NCBI GenBank assembly: GCA_947629305.1 | Contig: CANRDD010000001.1 | Coordinates: 6,311 to 70,310, forward strand | Length of the DNA: 64,000 nt | DNA from: an uncultured Bacilli bacterium | GTDB taxonomy: Bacteria > Bacillota_I > Bacilli_A > RF39 > UBA660 | Direction: 5' to 3' | Shown: piece after piece, positions 62,363-64,000 of the stretch | Layout of the letters: each line of letters opens with the position of its first letter | Numbering within the stretch: the stretch's first letter is position 1 | Made by a program: the position numbers and the translations under genes | The notes under the pieces: model-generated | Seen by the model: only the letters and a program-made list of their open reading frames with translations | Database searches by the model: none | Told to the model about the DNA's origin: nothing

Positions 62363-63562
62363 ATGAAGCAGAAAATGATTAAAAGAGAACATTATTTAAA
62401 ACAAATAAGAGAATTTTATGATTCAGATTTAATTAAGATAATAACAGGCATAAGAAGATGTGATAAATCAGTTGTTTTAGAACAAATAATGACAGAAATA
62501 AAAAAGAAAAGTAAAAATATTATTTATCTTAATTTTGAAGATAAAAGAAATTTTAATACTATTAATACTAGTGATTTATTAATTCAATATGTAGATAAAC
62601 ATAAAGATAATAAGAGTAAATGTTATATTTTTCTTGATGAAATTCAAACTTTAGATAATTGGCAAGATGCTTGTAAAACTTTAAGATTAGATAATAATTC
62701 TCTTTTTATAACTGGTTCTAATTCGAAATTATTATCTAAAGAATTTACTAAAGAATTAAGTGGAAGATATGTATCTTTTCAAATAAGACCATTTGTTTAT
62801 AAAGAAATAAATGAATATATGAAAGAATTAAAAAAAGAATGTAGTATAACAGACTATCTTATCTGGGGAGGTTTTCCAAAAAGATTTGAATTTTCAAGTA
62901 CAGATGCCCAAATAAAATATTTAAATGATTTAGATAATACAATTGTTATAAATGATTTAATAAATCGTTATAAAATAAAAAAAGTAGCTTTATTTAAAAG
63001 TTTTGTTAATTATGTATTAAGATCTAATAGTAGGATTTTTTCAGCTAAATCTATTCATGATTATATAAAGGATAAAAATGAAAGTTGTTCTATTAATACG
63101 ATTATGAAATATTTAAATTATTTGGAAGAAGCATATATTATAGAAAGAGTAAAACAATATTCTTCTAAAGTAAATAGAGAATTAAATTATTATTATAAAA
63201 TATATAATGAAGATGTTAGTTTTAATTCTTTAAGATGTATAGATAATCATTATGATATATCACATAATTTAGAAAATATAGTTTATAATGAATTAATTTA
63301 TATGGGATATGATTTAAAAGTATTTATTAATAATGGAAAAGAAATAGATTTTATAGCTTCTAAAAATAATAAAACATATTATATTCAAGTAGCATACACT
63401 CTTAGTGAAGATAAGACATATAATAGAGAATTTAAAGCATTTAATAATTTAGATAATATAAATAAAAAGATAATTATTACAAATGATGATTTAGATTATT
63501 CTACTAGTTTAATAGAACATATTAAATTAAAAGATTTTTTACTTATGGAATCATTAGATTAA
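62363..63562 (+). CDS. COG1373-type AAA+ ATPase (DUF4143 family)
   Basis: P-loop-like ITGIRRCDKSVVL; Walker B YIFLDEIQ; overall architecture of predicted AAA+ ATPases with a C-terminal DUF4143-like region. Confidence 0.55.
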   Translation: MKQKMIKREHYLKQIREFYDSDLIKIITGIRRCDKSVVLEQIMTEIKKKSKNIIYLNFEDKRNFNTINTSDLLIQYVDKHKDNKSKCYIFLDEIQTLDNWQDACKTLRLDNNSLFITGSNSKLLSKEFTKELSGRYVSFQIRPFVYKEINEYMKELKKECSITDYLIWGGFPKRFEFSSTDAQIKYLNDLDNTIVINDLINRYKIKKVALFKSFVNYVLRSNSRIFSAKSIHDYIKDKNESCSINTIMKYLNYLEEAYIIERVKQYSSKVNRELNYYYKIYNEDVSFNSLRCIDNHYDISHNLENIVYNELIYMGYDLKVFINNGKEIDFIASKNNKTYYIQVAYTLSEDKTYNREFKAFNNLDNINKKIIITNDDLDYSTSLIEHIKLKDFLLMESLD

Positions 63563-63585
63563 AGACAAATTAGTCTTTTTTTTCT
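63562..63585 (+). terminator. Possible rho-independent terminator
   Basis: AAGACaaattaGTCTT followed by TTTTTTTT; short stem. Confidence 0.35.
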
Positions 63586-63618
63586 TATTTAAGAATAAAA
63601 TTTTTTAGGTGATTATTA

Positions 63619-64000
63619 ATGGCTATTAAAAAAGGGGATTATGTAACAAGAAATAGTTATCATAATGATACAGTATTTAAAGTAATAAATATTCATGATG
63701 GAAAATGCTATTTAAAAGGAATGGAAGTAAGATTATATGCTGATAGTCCTGAAGATGATTTAGAATTAGTAGATAATTTTACTATAGAAGATAATATTGA
63801 TGATTTAGATATTAAAGAAGAATTATTAAGTAGGGCAGATTTTTTCTATTTGCCTCCTCGTATTATGCAAATAGATGGCGATTCGGAGTACATGGAAAGA
63901 TGTCTTAAATTTTATAAAAAAAATGGCATCATGGCCATTGGAAAGAAAATAAGTGAAAAACATATTGCCGAACAAATTAAAGGTTTATTATTAGAATATA
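63619..64000 (+). CDS. yabG: Sporulation-specific protease YabG (5' partial, continues beyond window)
   Basis: MAIKKGDYVTRNSYHNDTVFKVINI...EVRLYADSPEDDLELV resembles the B. subtilis YabG N-terminus (IGDMVARKSYQMDVLFRVIGI...EIRLIADSP); not in ORF track because it is truncated by the window end. Confidence 0.65.
   Translation, partial: MAIKKGDYVTRNSYHNDTVFKVINIHDGKCYLKGMEVRLYADSPEDDLELVDNFTIEDNIDDLDIKEELLSRADFFYLPPRIMQIDGDSEYMERCLKFYKKNGIMAIGKKISEKHIAEQIKGLLLEY

Noticed and set aside
1-64000. Possibility that TGA encodes Trp (Mollicutes-type code 4), given the very low GC content
   Set aside because: Trp is encoded by TGG throughout (e.g. dnaN KWTIEK). Essential genes have orthodox lengths under the standard code. 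recF terminates with TGA overlapping the gyrB start. A class A PBP and sporulation genes indicate a walled Firmicute.

Overview
The window is AT-rich (roughly 25% GC) and uses the standard genetic code: TGG encodes Trp and TGA terminates essential genes. It spans the replication-origin region of a low-GC, spore-forming Firmicute (Bacillota). Gene order is Bacillus/Clostridium-like. Left arm: prmC-prfA, rpoE-pyrG, argS, then noc/parB-rsmG-mnmG-mnmE ... jag-yidC-rnpA-rpmH. oriC with DnaA boxes lies between rpmH and dnaA. Right arm: dnaA-dnaN-(2 genes)-recF-gyrB-gyrA, ffs-tadA-dnaX-ybaB-recR-bofA, holB-ricT-yabB, pth-mfd-spoVT, lemA-TPM, a T-box leader-HAD-metG-tatD-yabE-rsmA, then (after an insertion) yabG. 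Sporulation markers are present: BofA, SpoVT, YabG, and a SigE/K-type sigma. The organism has a cell wall (class A PBP). Hunt results: (1) A tightly packed 7-gene minus-strand operon (6251-17492) inserted between argS and the PBP gene. It encodes a degenerate ThyX-like protein, a dCTP deaminase, a tandem two-domain Dcd-like protein with complementary active-site losses, two TPR proteins (one with an AbiEi-like wHTH N-terminus), and two sigma factors. One sigma is SigA-like and one SigE/K-like. Both carry long C-terminal extensions of tandem, degenerate region-4-like repeats plus a shared terminal region-4-like domain. This is the best candidate for an undescribed system. (2) Eight tandem parS sites at 64-bp spacing lie directly after gyrA. 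The first doubles as the gyrA terminator stem. (3) A ComK-family protein sits between dnaN and recF. (4) A ~7.4 kb accessory insertion lies between rsmA and yabG (YfhO-like GT-C protein, two membrane-anchored XRE regulators, secreted proteins, COG1373 ATPase). (5) A duplicated, near-identical sigma-A promoter upstream of two secreted-protein genes next to an XRE regulator. (6) A small SRP RNA (ffs) with its own promoter lies upstream of tadA. All coordinates and calls are from reading the sequence and ORF track by eye; no searches were run.
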